The position numbers and the translations under genes are program-made. The notes beneath the pieces are model-generated. The model made no database searches, had not been told where the DNA came from, and saw nothing but the letters and a program-made list of their open reading frames with translations. 64,000 bases of DNA from Takakia lepidozioides. Taxonomy: Eukaryota; Plantae; Bryophyta. Below, one piece after another: positions 11,791-24,220 of this stretch (position 1 is its first letter; each line of letters begins with the position of its first letter). Location: the NCBI GenBank assembly GCA_030704615.1, contig CM060733.1:7254001-7318000 (forward strand), in the 5' to 3' direction.

Positions 11791-13551
11791 CATACAACTC
11801 TGCTTCATGTCGAAGGTACAAACATTCTGATGCTAAACTTGTGAGGCTTGAACATTTGTGGGTTCCTTCATTGCATTGCTTTCATGGATGCTTCTCCTCA
11901 GTTGCTTCATTAATGCTAGGTTGTCTTTGCAGGTCTTCATGCTAGGTTTTCTCGTTTGATTCATGCTTGGGTTTTGTTTTCTGTTCACTCTTCCTTGAGG
12001 CTTCACTAATACACTGTTGTTTTATGGTCTATGACACAGGAACTTGTGACAAAGAAAGGTGGCCTTGTCGAGAACCCAGTAAAGGCCAGGGGCAAGACTA
12101 TCGACCTGCCAAGTAGCCCCCCAAAGGAGGTCTCACAACCACTCGAGACTGCAAATGGAGTAAGTCCAGGCCCTCCTCTTGTCTGTTTCATTTTTTTCCA
12201 ACCTCGGGGCTCTCTTTAATTCCTAAATGTTGAGTGTCGTAGTGGTGCATGTCATGAGTTTTCACAACTTGTTGTTTTTGTGTGGAGTTGGGATCACAGT
12301 TCAGGGTGGGTGACGCGGTTCGGCTGCTGGATATGAACTCCAAACGCAAGAAAGTTGGAGTAGGGCTGATTGTTGCTCTTCAAGGTGCTGTGGTGGGTTA
12401 CGGGTACCCTGTTGTGCCCCTTGACTATGCCCGTGTGTACATCAAAGAGGCAAGTGTGAGTAACACTCCTCTACCATATGTGAATGGTGTTACGAAACAT
12501 ACCGAATTGGGGCAGGTGGTTGGCCAGACAACGTTTTGGAGTCTAAAGTTGCTGAAAGTTACGGAGCCTTAGAATGATAAGAAGTATTGCACTGTTTAAC
12601 AGGGTCCTTGATTCTAGAAGCACCAGAACAAACTAGTACTAGAACAATTCAGCCCATGCGTGGGCTTGCTTATTTTTTGCTTACTGGGCCTTTTCAGGCA
12701 TGGATTTTTGGACCTTCTGGCCTTTGAGATGGTTGCTAACTAGTATGCAAGAAGGGTCCATTCTGTTTATTGGAATTTCACCATGTAATGAAGAATTTAA
12801 ATCATTTAATCTATTTTTTATTTTATATAATATTAATAAATTAAACAATAATACCATTTAATAAAATTTACCAAGCTACTATCCCCCTGTTTTTAAAAAT
12901 AAAATATAACTTTAAGAATTTAAAATTATGAATATAAACTATTAAATTATTTTCAAATATCATTCTTGATGACAGGTGGCATAAACCCTGCTCGAACTAG
13001 AACACGTGGCATTATATGACACGACATTCTTTATCCATATTTCACCACGTGTAAAGATAAATAGTCATATATGCTAGTCATATATTCTGTCTAAATGCCA
13101 CATGTCACATCTGAAGTGCAACAGGTGTCCTACTAACAACTTTCCATGTAGGCATCATTGTGCAGACATGTAGTCATATGATCACGCCTGAAGTTGTGAC
13201 GTGTCAAATCCGCAGTGGCGCACGTGTCTACATCCCTCACGGATGCGTGACGTGTCGCTTGCGCAGTGGTGCACGTATTCATCTAAAGCCTCTCCATGTA
13301 GGCAACCGTCAACAGACAATGTAGCCACATAGTTAGTCATAAGTAAGTCATAGAGCTGTGACTACATCAGTCTCTTCTGCATGACTCCAGGTGCCACGCA
13401 CGCAGTCACGGCTATGACTTGAAAAATGCAGTCCTAAAGACCAGTCGCTATCACGCCGCTTTTTCACTACAGAGTGATGTAGTCATGAATGCATATATGA
13501 CTGAAAAAATAGTCATATATACAGTCATAAAAATGCTCATCTGTTGTAGTG

Positions 13552-14700
13552 AATATGTTGTTGGTCCTCGCCTTCAAAAGCCTTGGACCCCAAACCGGAC
13601 CTCACCACTCCTCTTGTGCAATGGTTGGCAACCAATACCTTTGTATGGATCTCGGGAAGGCCACTGGCAGAACTTGATCTTGACCCAATAGAGTGGTCTT
13701 GGACATTCTCTAGGACAGGAGACCCCTTCTTCACCTATACCACCAAAAAAGGCTACAAGGCCCTCATGGGCTCCACATGCATGAGGAAAAAATGGGAGTC
13801 AAGATGGGATCTCTACCACTTTCAAGATGAAAACTTGACTGCTATTTGGGGCTCCGTTTGGATCAAAACCCGCACTGCTAAAATAGCAGCAGTCATTTGG
13901 CAACTTGTTAATAGAGTGCTAAAAGTGGGGGAATGGTTGCAATTCCAGGAGGCTCTTATGTGTGGTTGTTGTGCAGCTGGTATCATGGAATCACTAGAAC
14001 ATTGCCCGCTCCTCTGCCATGCTCCAGTCTGTCTAGCCCCTGGTCAAAACTTTCTATGGTAACTGGAATAAAGAACCTCTGACACCTCTGGACCTACTCT
14101 TAAACTATGACTCAAACACCAAGCAAAGATCTTTGAACTGCCCGGTCTTTGAAACCCTCAGGGGATCAACGTTGTGGCACTTATGAAAGGCTCGATGCAG
14201 AAAACTTTCTCTGGGGAAACTACCACTATCTTTGCACTTTTGTCCAATGTCGTCTATGACCTTAATACCGAGTCTCGTAAAGCTTGAGCTAAAACATGTG
14301 CAGACATCAGGCGGAACTCAAGGAACGCTGCAGCCATCCATGCAGGCTTCCAAAACACCTTGGGCTTCCAAGGAATTATCTGCCTCGGCACCTCGCTGGA
14401 CGAATGTTCCTAGGTCGAGCTCCCACCCCCGTGCTGGCGCGATCACCGAGCGACCCTCCACAGTATCGCCAGAGTTTGAACGGGATATTAATTGGAAGCA
14501 CTTGAAACCAAACATCCAAGCCCTCACGGCTTCATTACATATAGAGTAGCTTAGCATAGCAAAGGTCAATATCATACTTTTCACCATTGACTCCTCCATC
14601 ATTTCCTGAACATCTCTATCGCTCTCATGATGAGGCTCCTTCACCATTAGATCTTCGGCGCATTGGATCACAAAACCTGGCTATGGAGTTTCATGTAGAA
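13552..14700 (+). mobile_element. Degenerate L1-type LINE ORF2 3' part (zf-RVT region), the target of the CACTA insertion
   Basis: W..VW....TAKIAAVIWQLVNRVLKVGEWL....CGCC....ESLEHC.LLC matches the zf-RVT pattern; frameshifts follow. Confidence 0.7.
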
Positions 14701-15639
14701 GAAGTCACATGCTTACACTATTTCTAGATGTTTTTCCTTCTTTAGGAGGTGCACTTCACTTATTCACGGACTACGGTGTGTGTGCTTATGGTGTAATAAG
14801 GGTTTTGATTTTTTTCCCCAAATAATTATTAATAAAGATTTAATCAGGGCCACTGTCCCCTGTTTTGTAAAAAAACCAAAACAAAACAAAAACAATATTA
14901 ACATGGATATATTAGTGTTGGACTAGTATACCGATAAGAAATTGGTATCAATACTGCTACGTATACTGGTATGAAGTACCAGACCAGTTTGGTATCACCT
15001 TAGGCCACTACCTAGCATATACCCGTATTGGCCTGGTATCTGCTTCCTCTATGGACGATACCCTACCAGTCTGGTAGGTGGTTGAAAATCTGGTAAATGA
15101 TAATCCATGTTTTTGAAGAAAACCTGGTATCAATACTTTGAGGAACTTGAGGAATACTTTGAGGAATAAAATCAATGAGATGCATGCTTGTACACATTTA
15201 TATGAGAAGTGGGCCTTTCAATATTTGACGTATCATGAGTTTTTTTTAATACCAGACCAGTATTGATAATACCCTGGTATCGATTTCTAAAAACTCTTGC
15301 TATTGATACCTGTAAAACACCACACCAATCAATTTATGAAGGAAGCCAATTTGTTTGTTTTGTTTTGTTTTGTTTTGTAGCGTTGAGATGTCCCAAACCG
15401 CGGGCCCCAGCGCTGGTGCTTGGTTCCATTGGAAAGCCCTCGACGAGGAGGGTGCACGGGCTTGGTCTCACGATTTTTGGACCTGCGGTGTGGGAGATGT
15501 GGAATTTCAAGTACTTTAGGTCGCTGGAAATTCACGAAAAATAGCAAAGTGGGCTTTCCTAGGAGCCTCGACGGGAGATACATCAATAACGAATGGATAT
15601 ATTTCTACTCAATAAATTAATGGAAAAAAATAAATTGGG

Positions 15640-16085
15640 CCTTGATATGGAAGACGTCTTGGATACATAGGAGATTGCACTTGGGCAAATTACATGACAC
15701 TGGACACATGGGCCTCTATATGGGAGATGCACTTGGATACATAAATAGAAGATTGCACTTGGGCTTAGATGGGCCTCGACATAAGAGACGCACTTGGATA
15801 CGTAGGAAATTGCACTGGACTTATATTTCAATTCTTCACGCATGGGTCAACGGCATAGGCTACACTAGAGGTCGCACTTGGGCCTCGACATAAGAGACGA
15901 ATTGGGATACATAGGAAATTGCACTTGGTCGTAGATTTCAACTCTTCATACATGGGCCAAAGGCACATGCTACCCTAGAGGTTGCACTCGGGCCTCAACA
16001 TAGGAGAGGCACTCGGATACATAGAAGATCTTACACTTGGACTTAGATGACACTGGACACTTGGGCCAACGGCACAGGCTACCCT
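15640..16085. repeat. Degenerate tandem repeat of about 110 bp
   Basis: GGGCCTCRACATARGAGA at about 15771, 15880 and 15990, with GCACTTGG/GGATACATAGG submotifs. Confidence 0.8.
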
Positions 16086-16743
16086 AGTCAGGTATTATTG
16101 ATACCACCATGGTATCCAAATATGGTGGTATCCAAATCTCAGATTTTTGCCAATACCAGTACCTCCCTGGTATCACAATTGGCCGGAGGCCTATATACTA
16201 GCACCAGCGTGTTCAAAATACGATACCAGTCCAACACTGGTGTATATATATATATATATACACATTTCAAAATGGATCTAGGGTTGCGGGGTTGTGTGTT
16301 GAACGATGAGTCTTGGACTTGGTTGTTTTTCTTTGTTTGTGTCGTGGGATGATTTGCAGGTGCATAGCTAGGGTTTGAGATGGAAGCCTTGGAGACCACA
16401 TGCGCTCAAGCAATGCGGGGAGGGTTGAGCTCGATAGCTTTGGAGACATGTGTGCAATCGATGCGGGGAGGGTTGAAACTCGACAGCTTCCTGGCCTTTT
16501 CATATGGCTCTCAATATTGTCCTCTCCACCCTCCTCTCTACCCCATCTTTCATTCACATTGTTTGCTTCTCCTTAGTCCACGCCCAAGCGCTCTCCAACT
16601 CTCCATCAATCTCGCTCCCACCCTCTTCATTTCTCATGCTTTTGCTGCAGTAGGTCGCTCGAGGCTTGGGTCTTCTGTTGCCGTTTCTTTAGGGGCACCA
16701 TTGCCAGGAAGTTGTATTCTAGGGCTCAGCCATTTATATATTC

Positions 16744-17010
16744 ATGAAGGGAAAAGATGTCCATGGTGACATTGTCAAGGCTGGAATAGTACCAGATGTC
16801 ATTCTGAACAATATCCTTATTGATATGTATGCCAAATGTTGGAGCACTGTGGAGGCAAATGAAGTGTTTGATGGGCAAACAAGATGTGGTGTTCTGGAGT
16901 GTTATGATTGCAGGACATGCACAACATGGATATGGGGGATGGACGCTTTGGAGACCAAGCCAGGGGGGGGGGGGGGGGGGGGGCAGACCAAGTTACATTC
17001 ATTTGATCTG
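16744..17010 (+). pseudogene. PLS-PPR gene fragment
   Basis: KGKDVHGDIVKAGIVPDVILNNILIDMYAKC, frameshift, DVVFWSVMIAGHAQHGYG, then a G21 run and DQVTFI. Confidence 0.85.
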
Positions 17011-17039
17011 TTGTGCCCCATCTTCATGCCACATTTCTG

Positions 17040-18341
17040 GGTGTGTTATGGTTTGGTGGATTTGTAGCAAGTAGGGTGATGAAGATATGCTAGTCTTCAG
17101 AGCCATAAAGATTTTCAAAGGGTTGTGATCTGGCCCCCAGTATAGCTGCACTTGTTGTTCAAGTTTCCAGACATTCAGCTACTTTGATAGGCCTATCTTC
17201 TTGCCAATTCCTCCATTTGTGGTGTGCTATGGCTTGGCACATTTCTAACAACTAGTGTGATCAAGGGATGGTGGCCTTCAGAGCTTTGGAATTTCTGAAG
17301 GGGTTGTGGTCTGGCCCCCAACAAATCTGCACTTGTTGTTCAAGTTTCCGGACGTTCAAGTACTCAGATGGGCCTATCTCCTTGCCAATTGCTCCAATTG
17401 TGGTGTGCTATGACTTGAAACATTTCTAATAACTAGTGTGATCACATTATGGTGGCCTCCTTAGCTCTGAATCTTATTAAGGGGTTGTGGTCTGGCCCCC
17501 AACAAATCTGCACTTGTTGTTCAAGTTTCCAGACGTTCAGGTACTCAGATGGGCCTATCTCCTTGCCAATTGCTCCAATTCTGGTGTGCTATGACTTAAA
17601 ACATTTCTTACAACTAGTGTGATCAAGTTATGGTGGCCTCCTGAGATCTGAATTTCTTTAAGGGGTTGTGGTCTGGCCCCCAACAGATCTACACTTGTAG
17701 TTCAAGTTTCCAGACGTTCAGGTACTCAGATGGGCCTATCTCCTTGCCAATTGCTCCAATTATGGTGTGCTATGGCTTGAAACATTTCTAACAACTAGTG
17801 TGATGAAGGTATGATGGCCTTCTGAGCTCTGAATTTTCTTAAGGGGTTTTGGTCTGGCCCCCAACAGATCTGCATTTGTAGTTCAAGTTTCCGGACGTTC
17901 AAGTACTCAGATGGGTCTATCTCCTTGCCAATTGCTCCAATTATGGTATGCTATGGCTTGAAAAATTTCTTATAACTAGTACAATCAAGTTGTGGTGGCC
18001 TTCTGAACTTTGAATTTTCTTAAGGGGTTGTGGTCTGGCCCCCAACAGATCTTCACTTGTAGTTCAAGTTTCCGGACTTTCAACTATTCAGATGGACCTA
18101 TCTCCTTACCAATTGCTCCAATTGTGGTGTGCTATGGCTTGGAGAATTTCTCATAACTAGTATGATCAACATATTATGGCCTCCAGAGATTTAAGGGATT
18201 GTGGTCTGGCCCCCAACAGATCTGCACTTGTTGTTCAAGTTTCTGGACGTTTAGGTACTCAAATGGGTCTATGTTCTTGCCAATTGCTCCAATTGTGGTG
18301 TGCTATGGCTTGACACATTTCTAATAATTAGTGTGATCAAG
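17040..18341. repeat. 181-bp satellite array, about 7 units
   Basis: CTGGCCCCC anchors at 17130, 17311, 17492, 17673, 17854, 18035 and 18206 (spacing 181 five times, then 171). Confidence 0.95.
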
Positions 18342-18561
18342 TTATATCACTGTCGTGTTATACCTAAAGGGTTGTGGCGGATTTAGGTGAATGATATCTA
18401 TATTGCCAATTGTGTCTTGCCTCACCCTAACGAGGAAGAGGTCCCACCGCAAACAATGTTGGAGGATGTCGTCGGTCTGAATTGTCTTTGGCCAGAGAAG
18501 AACATAAGATGGCTTAGAATTTTGTTCGCCCGGGCATAGACATTGCTGGCAGTGAGAAGAA

Positions 18562-19766
18562 GGCAGGTGAGCAAAGTGTTTAATGAAACGACGGTAGTAA
18601 GAGACTAACCCAAGAAAGGCGCGGACACAATTTTTGTCACGTGGAGTGGGATACTCCCACATGGCTTGGATCTTGGATGGATCAGGGCTGATGCCTCTGG
18701 CAGAGAGAAGGTGCCCAAGAAAATGAAGCTCCGTCATCCATAGGTCACATTTTTTTGCTTTCACCTTCAAGCCAGCTCCTCTAAGCCTGCAGAGTACCCG
18801 CTTCAGATCTAGCAGGTGAGAATCAAAGTCAGCCGAGTAAACATTGATGTCATCTACATACACCAAGGCACATTCCCAACGTAAGTTTCCTAGAACCACA
18901 TCCATGAGACGCTGAAAGGTGACAGTGGCATTACATAATCCAAAAGGCATGGTTTCGACCTGAAAAAGACCCATCTTACAGGTGAACGCAGTCTTCTCTT
19001 TGGCTGAGTCAATGAGAGGGACCTGCCAAAAGCCCGCAGCAAGATCTAAAGAAGAGAACAGAGTGGTGCCATTAAGTTGATCTAGGGTATCATTAATACG
19101 AGGCAAGGGATATACATCTTTTTTGGTTAGGGCATTGAGACGTCTGAAATCCACACAGAAATGTGTGGTGCCATCCTTCTTGGCAACCAATACGATAGGA
19201 CTGGCCCACGGGGAAATAGAGGGCTTGATAACCCCTGCATCAAGCATCTTAGTCAGTTCAGTCTGCATAATCTCTCTTTCTTTAACGCTTTCCCTATAGG
19301 CATACTGCTTGACAGGGCTACCCTTAGTGACAATGTCATGCTTAAGAACGTCAGTGCGACCTTAGTCATGAGAACCAGCACTGAAGACATCAAGATTGTA
19401 ACGGATAACGTGGTAAAGACGAGTTCTTTCATTCTCAGTGAGACCAGAGCCCATTCTGACCTCACCTAAGACCTGATCAAGGTGAGCAGATTGCGTAGGA
19501 GTGAGGGGCTGACCTTCGGTGTAGCCATAGATTGGGCCAACAGAGCCAAGTGATCTACAGGGTCATCAGTCAAGCCAATATCAGCAAAACTAAAAGCATG
19601 TTGGACGTCTCCTAAATCTGTTAAAGAGGTGGCAGTCAGACGTGCCAAGACCTGGCCCTTACAGATGGTGATAGGTATGCGCTCAGGATTAGCAACCAGA
19701 AGTCTGAGCTCTCCTCTGAAACCCTTGTCCACAACCCCTGCAATCAAACAATGTTTGGAAAGCATG
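18562..19766 (-). mobile_element. Ty3/gypsy pol fragment: dUTPase-like domain plus reverse transcriptase
   Basis: SPWASPIVLVAKKDG..FCVDFRRLN, LDLAAGFWQV, MPFGLCNA, YVDD, FLGLVSYYRRFI; upstream AGVVDKGFRGEL. Confidence 0.9.
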
Positions 19767-20614
19767 CACTAGAGGGAAAACGCGGAATAACCACTCTGTT
19801 AACCACTCATTTTGAGTGGTAAAAGACACTAAACCACTCTGGCCCCAGAGTGATGAAGAACCAGTGGATTAGGACAAGTGAGTGGTAAAAGACATTACGT
19901 GGCACCAGTGGTTAAGGACAGTGGTTCGAACCACTTACATTTGGGTCCACCTGTTTGCTGACGTGTCACAGTGGTAAATTAACCACTGTGACATGTCACT
20001 GAGGTAAACCAACCACTTATGACGTGTCACAGTGGTAAAGTAACCACTTCCGTTTTCCAGTGGACACATGTAAGCCGGTGGTCCGTGGATGATATTGGAG
20101 ATTATGTCGACACGTGGCGACACTCTCAGCATGGACACGTGTCCTGTGTAGGTGCTACGAAACGGATGGAGTGAAAAATTCAATGACTTCCGAAACCACT
20201 TGTTGAGTGATCACGAAATGACTCACAGAGTCATGCTATGAAAACTGAGAATATACAATATCACTCACAGCGTGGTTATGTGAGTGGATGATGTCTCTCA
20301 GCAGGTCATTGGAATGATTACCCACAGAGTAGTATGTAAGTTGTTTGAGTCATCCGTGGTGTCTCTTTGAGTGAGAACTATGGATTGGAATGATTACTAA
20401 CAGAGTTGGTGTATAAGTGATTAGGAATACCACTGTAGGAATTCATACCACTAATACAATAATATATAGGTGATTACTTATACCACTACAGGAGTGGTAA
20501 TGGAGGCAATTGTGTGCATCTGACTACTCCCATAGTTTTAAATTATACCACTATTACAGTGATGTGCAAGTGATTAGGAACATGACTAGATGAACACATA
20601 CCTTTAGTGTAGTG
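19767..20614. mobile_element. CACTA-like non-autonomous insertion with mismatched ends
   Basis: Starts CACTAG at 19767 and ends GTAGTG at 20614. AACCACT/AGTGGT repeats are dense in the left half and ATACCACT/CACAGAG in the right half. No TSD match (ATG vs AAA). Confidence 0.55.
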
Positions 20615-20771
20615 AAAGAAGTACCATTTGGGATTCAAGCTCCACAAAATAGAATAGAATCCCAGAGAGTAAGTGCTGGAACACTGTCAACAAAATCCAG
20701 CCATGATAAAAGTCTGAGCCTAACTTCTACACGGCATCTCCACATGCATGCTAGGAACACTAAACTGCTTT

Positions 20772-21260
20772 TGCCGCTACGCTTAATCAGTTACTATGCA
20801 AAGATGTTCACTTTCATTGGGGGTGGTCTCAAACCACTGCTTTTGAGCAACTAAAAATTGCTCTCACCAGTGCACCCATTCTGGTCTTTCCATTTATCCT
20901 TCAGACTGATGCCTCTGACCTGGCTGTTTCAGCTATTCTGTGTCAAAAGCAAGATGGCAGGGAACATGTGGTGGCCTATGCCTTACGCCGGCTTGACAAA
21001 TATGAAAAGAATTACAACATTACTGATAAAGAAGGACTTGCCGTCATCTTTGGGGTGAAAAATTTCCGGCAGTATCTACACGGGTGTCCCTTTGTTGTTC
21101 AAACTGATCATTTGTCTAAAGTTAAAGGCTCTCAAGACCCCACATGAGCTCTCAGGTCGCCTGGCTCGTTGGTCTTTAACTCTTCAGATGTTCGAATATG
21201 ATATTCAATACAAGAAGGGCAAGGCCAACAACAATGCTGATGCTCTTACACGCAACGATC
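20772..21260 (+). mobile_element. Ty3/gypsy RT-connection and RNase H fragment
   Basis: AATLNQLLCKDVHFHW..TAFEQLK.ALTSAPIL, LQTDASD.AVSAILCQ, EGLAVIFGVKNFRQYLHG, GRLARWSLTLQMFEYDIQYKKGKANNNADALTR; frameshifted. Confidence 0.9.
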
Positions 21261-24220
21261 CTAAGTCTCCTACTCCTTATGCTTCTTTGGATGATCTCGC
21301 TAAGTGCTTGCCCACTGCTGCTTCCCCTATTCCTTCATCTGGTTTTCCAGATCTATTGGCCCTATTTGGCACTGTTCCTTCCACTCCCCCTGATCTTATG
21401 TCTGAGTGGGATCTCATTTCCTTTGCTGTTGGTTAGAGGATCAATAGAGTACTGCCCTGTTACAGAGGTGCTCACACTATTGCAGCGACTGTTCATGTTT
21501 CTCAACTCGTCCCTTCTAAGCTGCAGTTTGATTTAGCCTGCATCAACGTCGAAAATCGCCATGTGGTTTTGACCCCAAGGAAGCGTGCTCATCTTGATTC
21601 GGATACCATAGCTGACTAGTCCTACTCTTCTAGTGACATTGTTTTTTTGATTAGATTGGACTTTCGCCTTTGAGTTACCTTCACTGATCCTTTGTAGATC
21701 TCACATAGCACATGGGGTTTTTCCCCGGCAACATTTTGTCCTTCGCTCACGTTGCAGAGCAAGGTTTTCCTTGTGGAGGTTTTTTCATCCCATCTCAATG
21801 CTATTTTGAGTAGCACTACTCTCTTGAGAGCATTGTGTTTTGTTAGATAGCTCGCTGGAGCTCGCTCCTCTGTGCGCAAGGAGGTTTTACATATGTAAAG
21901 ACTAGATTCCCACCTACCTTATTATTGGACACTGGATGAACGAAGATGATAAGTGGCTGAATGACCGTTATAAAAAAAATAGGGATGAAGATAGGTTGGC
22001 GGATCTATTTATAAACTAAGGATTGTCTTATGTTAAGAGCTACCCTATCTCTAAGTTAGCTTATGTGTCATCCTATCTGGATGGGCATCTGGTAGTAATC
22101 TAACGGACCAATCAGGATGTGCCATCCGGCGGAGATGTAATCTTAGGCCATGGATTATAAAAGGGGATCAGCTGCAAACCTAAGTGGCGGGTGTACGTTT
22201 CTGGTGTTAATATCTGGTGTACGAAGTGTCTGAGGTGGATGGATGCAGTGTGCCTGGATGAACTGAGAGTTAATGCGTGAGATTTGACATCCTCATAAGA
22301 GGATCCTCCCTTCCTCGCTTGCAAACTTTACCGAGCTTACATCCCTCTGTTAGCACTATCCCGCAGAGGAGGGGAATAAACCCCCGCGTGCAGAATCTGG
22401 TTTTACAAGATCCAAAGAATATAATGTCTAAAGTGGTGCAAGAAAAAAAAAAAAAAAAAAAAGTAAATAGTTTTTTTTTTTTTTTTTTTCTATCGAATTT
22501 CCCATCTGCGAACTTGTCTGACATGACACTCTCCAGAATCTGGTGCCTTGTCATATAAGACACCTTCACTGCAAATTTCATCTTCAGGTGGGCTGCTTTG
22601 TATGCTAAAAATGGGGGGTCAAATTTGGGATTTTCCTTCGGGCAGGAAAAAAGGTTTGTTCAGAAAATTGAGGAAAAATTTTCAGCCGTTCATTTGGCAA
22701 TCGCTCCGGTGGGAATGTTGTGGGTGGGTATGGCTTTTCCCCAAAAACATTTCGGGCCAATCTGAGTTTCCTACTAGGTCTTTTTACCCCTTGCCCATGA
22801 GACTTGTAATTGCACCTATGTGGGCCTATAATTTTTAGCCAGTAGCCCTCTCTTGTGGAGGGTTTTAGGGGGTGCCTCATCCTACCCATCCCTAAATTGA
22901 TTAGGTCTCCACCCGAGCGGGTCGGATGTGGATGCCATTTAGGGGGTAAGTGGGGCGGCAATAAAGGGTGTTGGGAGACGCGCCACCCTGCCATGGAGGG
23001 GGTGCATGGAATTTCACCCTAACCTGACCCTAGTTGCCACGTCATCCTCAGGGCAGGTTAGATGGTGGAAAGTGGCCTCAAAATCACGAGTGTGGCGGAC
23101 TCTATGCTCTCTACGTGGCAATTTCCAGGTTGTATGCCTAATTGGGCAATGTCACGTCATACCTGACTTGATTTCCAATCAAATGAGCCTATGTGGGCCC
23201 ACATCAGGCTTAACCTCAGGGATAACCAGCCTGTTTTCTAAACCCAACCGACCTAGTTTGGGTCGTTTTGACGCTTAGGGGTTTATGGCCATGAGGTTGA
23301 CATCAAGTTCTGCCTAAGAACTGCCCCTAAAATATGAAGGTTAAGCCCTTTTGAGCATTTTTATTTTTATTTTCCCCTCCAATAAAGATCACAAGGGCTT
23401 CCCGAGTCCCCCTTTCGGAAAAAGAAAAGAGGTGGCAATGCTCCTCGCACCCCTTACTGATGTCTTTTAGGGTTTCCATACTGTCTTTCTGTCCCTTTCC
23501 AATGCAGATTGCTGCCATGGATTTGCTCTGTCGCTTTGAACTTTTTGGACATTTTTGGCACCCTTCTGAACTAAGATCACTTACCACCAGGTGACGATAT
23601 TGGGGGCAGGTTGGTTTTTCAGGCCGGTGAAGGGGCAGCTGAATGAGGCCCTTCCACGCTTTAAGAATGCCCCACCGAGCCTGGTAAAAAGCAGCTACAT
23701 AAACATAATACATAAAAAACGAGAAGGTATATTACATAGTTGTACTTTTCCTATACGTATTTCTAGTTTTAAGGGAAACCTCAGCAGAAGGGGGAAATCA
23801 GGCAAACAGAAGACAGATGAATTCACAGAGGTTTGAGCCCAAGACCCCTCATGCAAATCATAGAGCAATATGGATTGGTCTACCCGAGGGAAAGGGTTGG
23901 TCCCCCCGAGGGAGAGAGGGAGAGGGATTAGAGGGAAAGGGTGATTATATTGGTCTGCCCGAGAGAGAGGGAGAGGGATTAGACTGGACAGTAGTATAAA
24001 GCGCTGCTTGCTTGCTGCTCTCCTTCACACAGTCTCCCTCGCACTCTCGTCTCCAATTCTTACCTACAGTCGTTTCACACCATCTCTCTCATCTCTCTCA
24101 CTCGTCTTCAATTCTTACACACTGTCTTGTCTCTCTGTCTCTCTCTCGTCTTCAATTTCTACCTGTAGTTGTTGTTTATACAGTCTCTCGCGCTCTTCTC
24201 CATTCTACTCTAGTTTCACG

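Larger units (their letters stand above)
3591..12572 (+). pseudogene. CACTA TnpA/ORF2-like multi-exon gene with an FCP1-like phosphatase domain, interrupted by a nested CACTA
   Basis: Pro/Tyr/Gln-rich exon from about 4435 to 4983. Ptta/En-Spm-type segment WNKLVSYW..S...KKAN......TGRGG at 9743-9949. Coiled-coil plus FCP1 ORF at 10671-11945. C-terminal Tnp1-like block VG.G.I...VPLDYARVYI..TPLPY at 12282-12572. Start and exon joins are approximate. Confidence 0.7.
1..13551. mobile_element. Outer CACTA (En/Spm) DNA transposon, right part; left end lies beyond the window
   Basis: Right terminus ATCTGTTGTAGTG ends at 13551 (reverse complement of CACTACAACAGAT). Subterminal region 13000-13530 is rich in AGTCAT/ATGACT motifs. 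Contains TnpD-like (-) and TnpA-like (+) coding sequence. Confidence 0.85.

Noticed and set aside
16963-16983. G21 run as a functional G-quadruplex
   Set aside because: A homopolymer inside a decayed pseudogene whose length is unreliable.
17040-18341. CRISPR-like array
   Set aside because: The whole 181-bp unit repeats with no unique spacers, the context is eukaryotic, and there are no cas genes.
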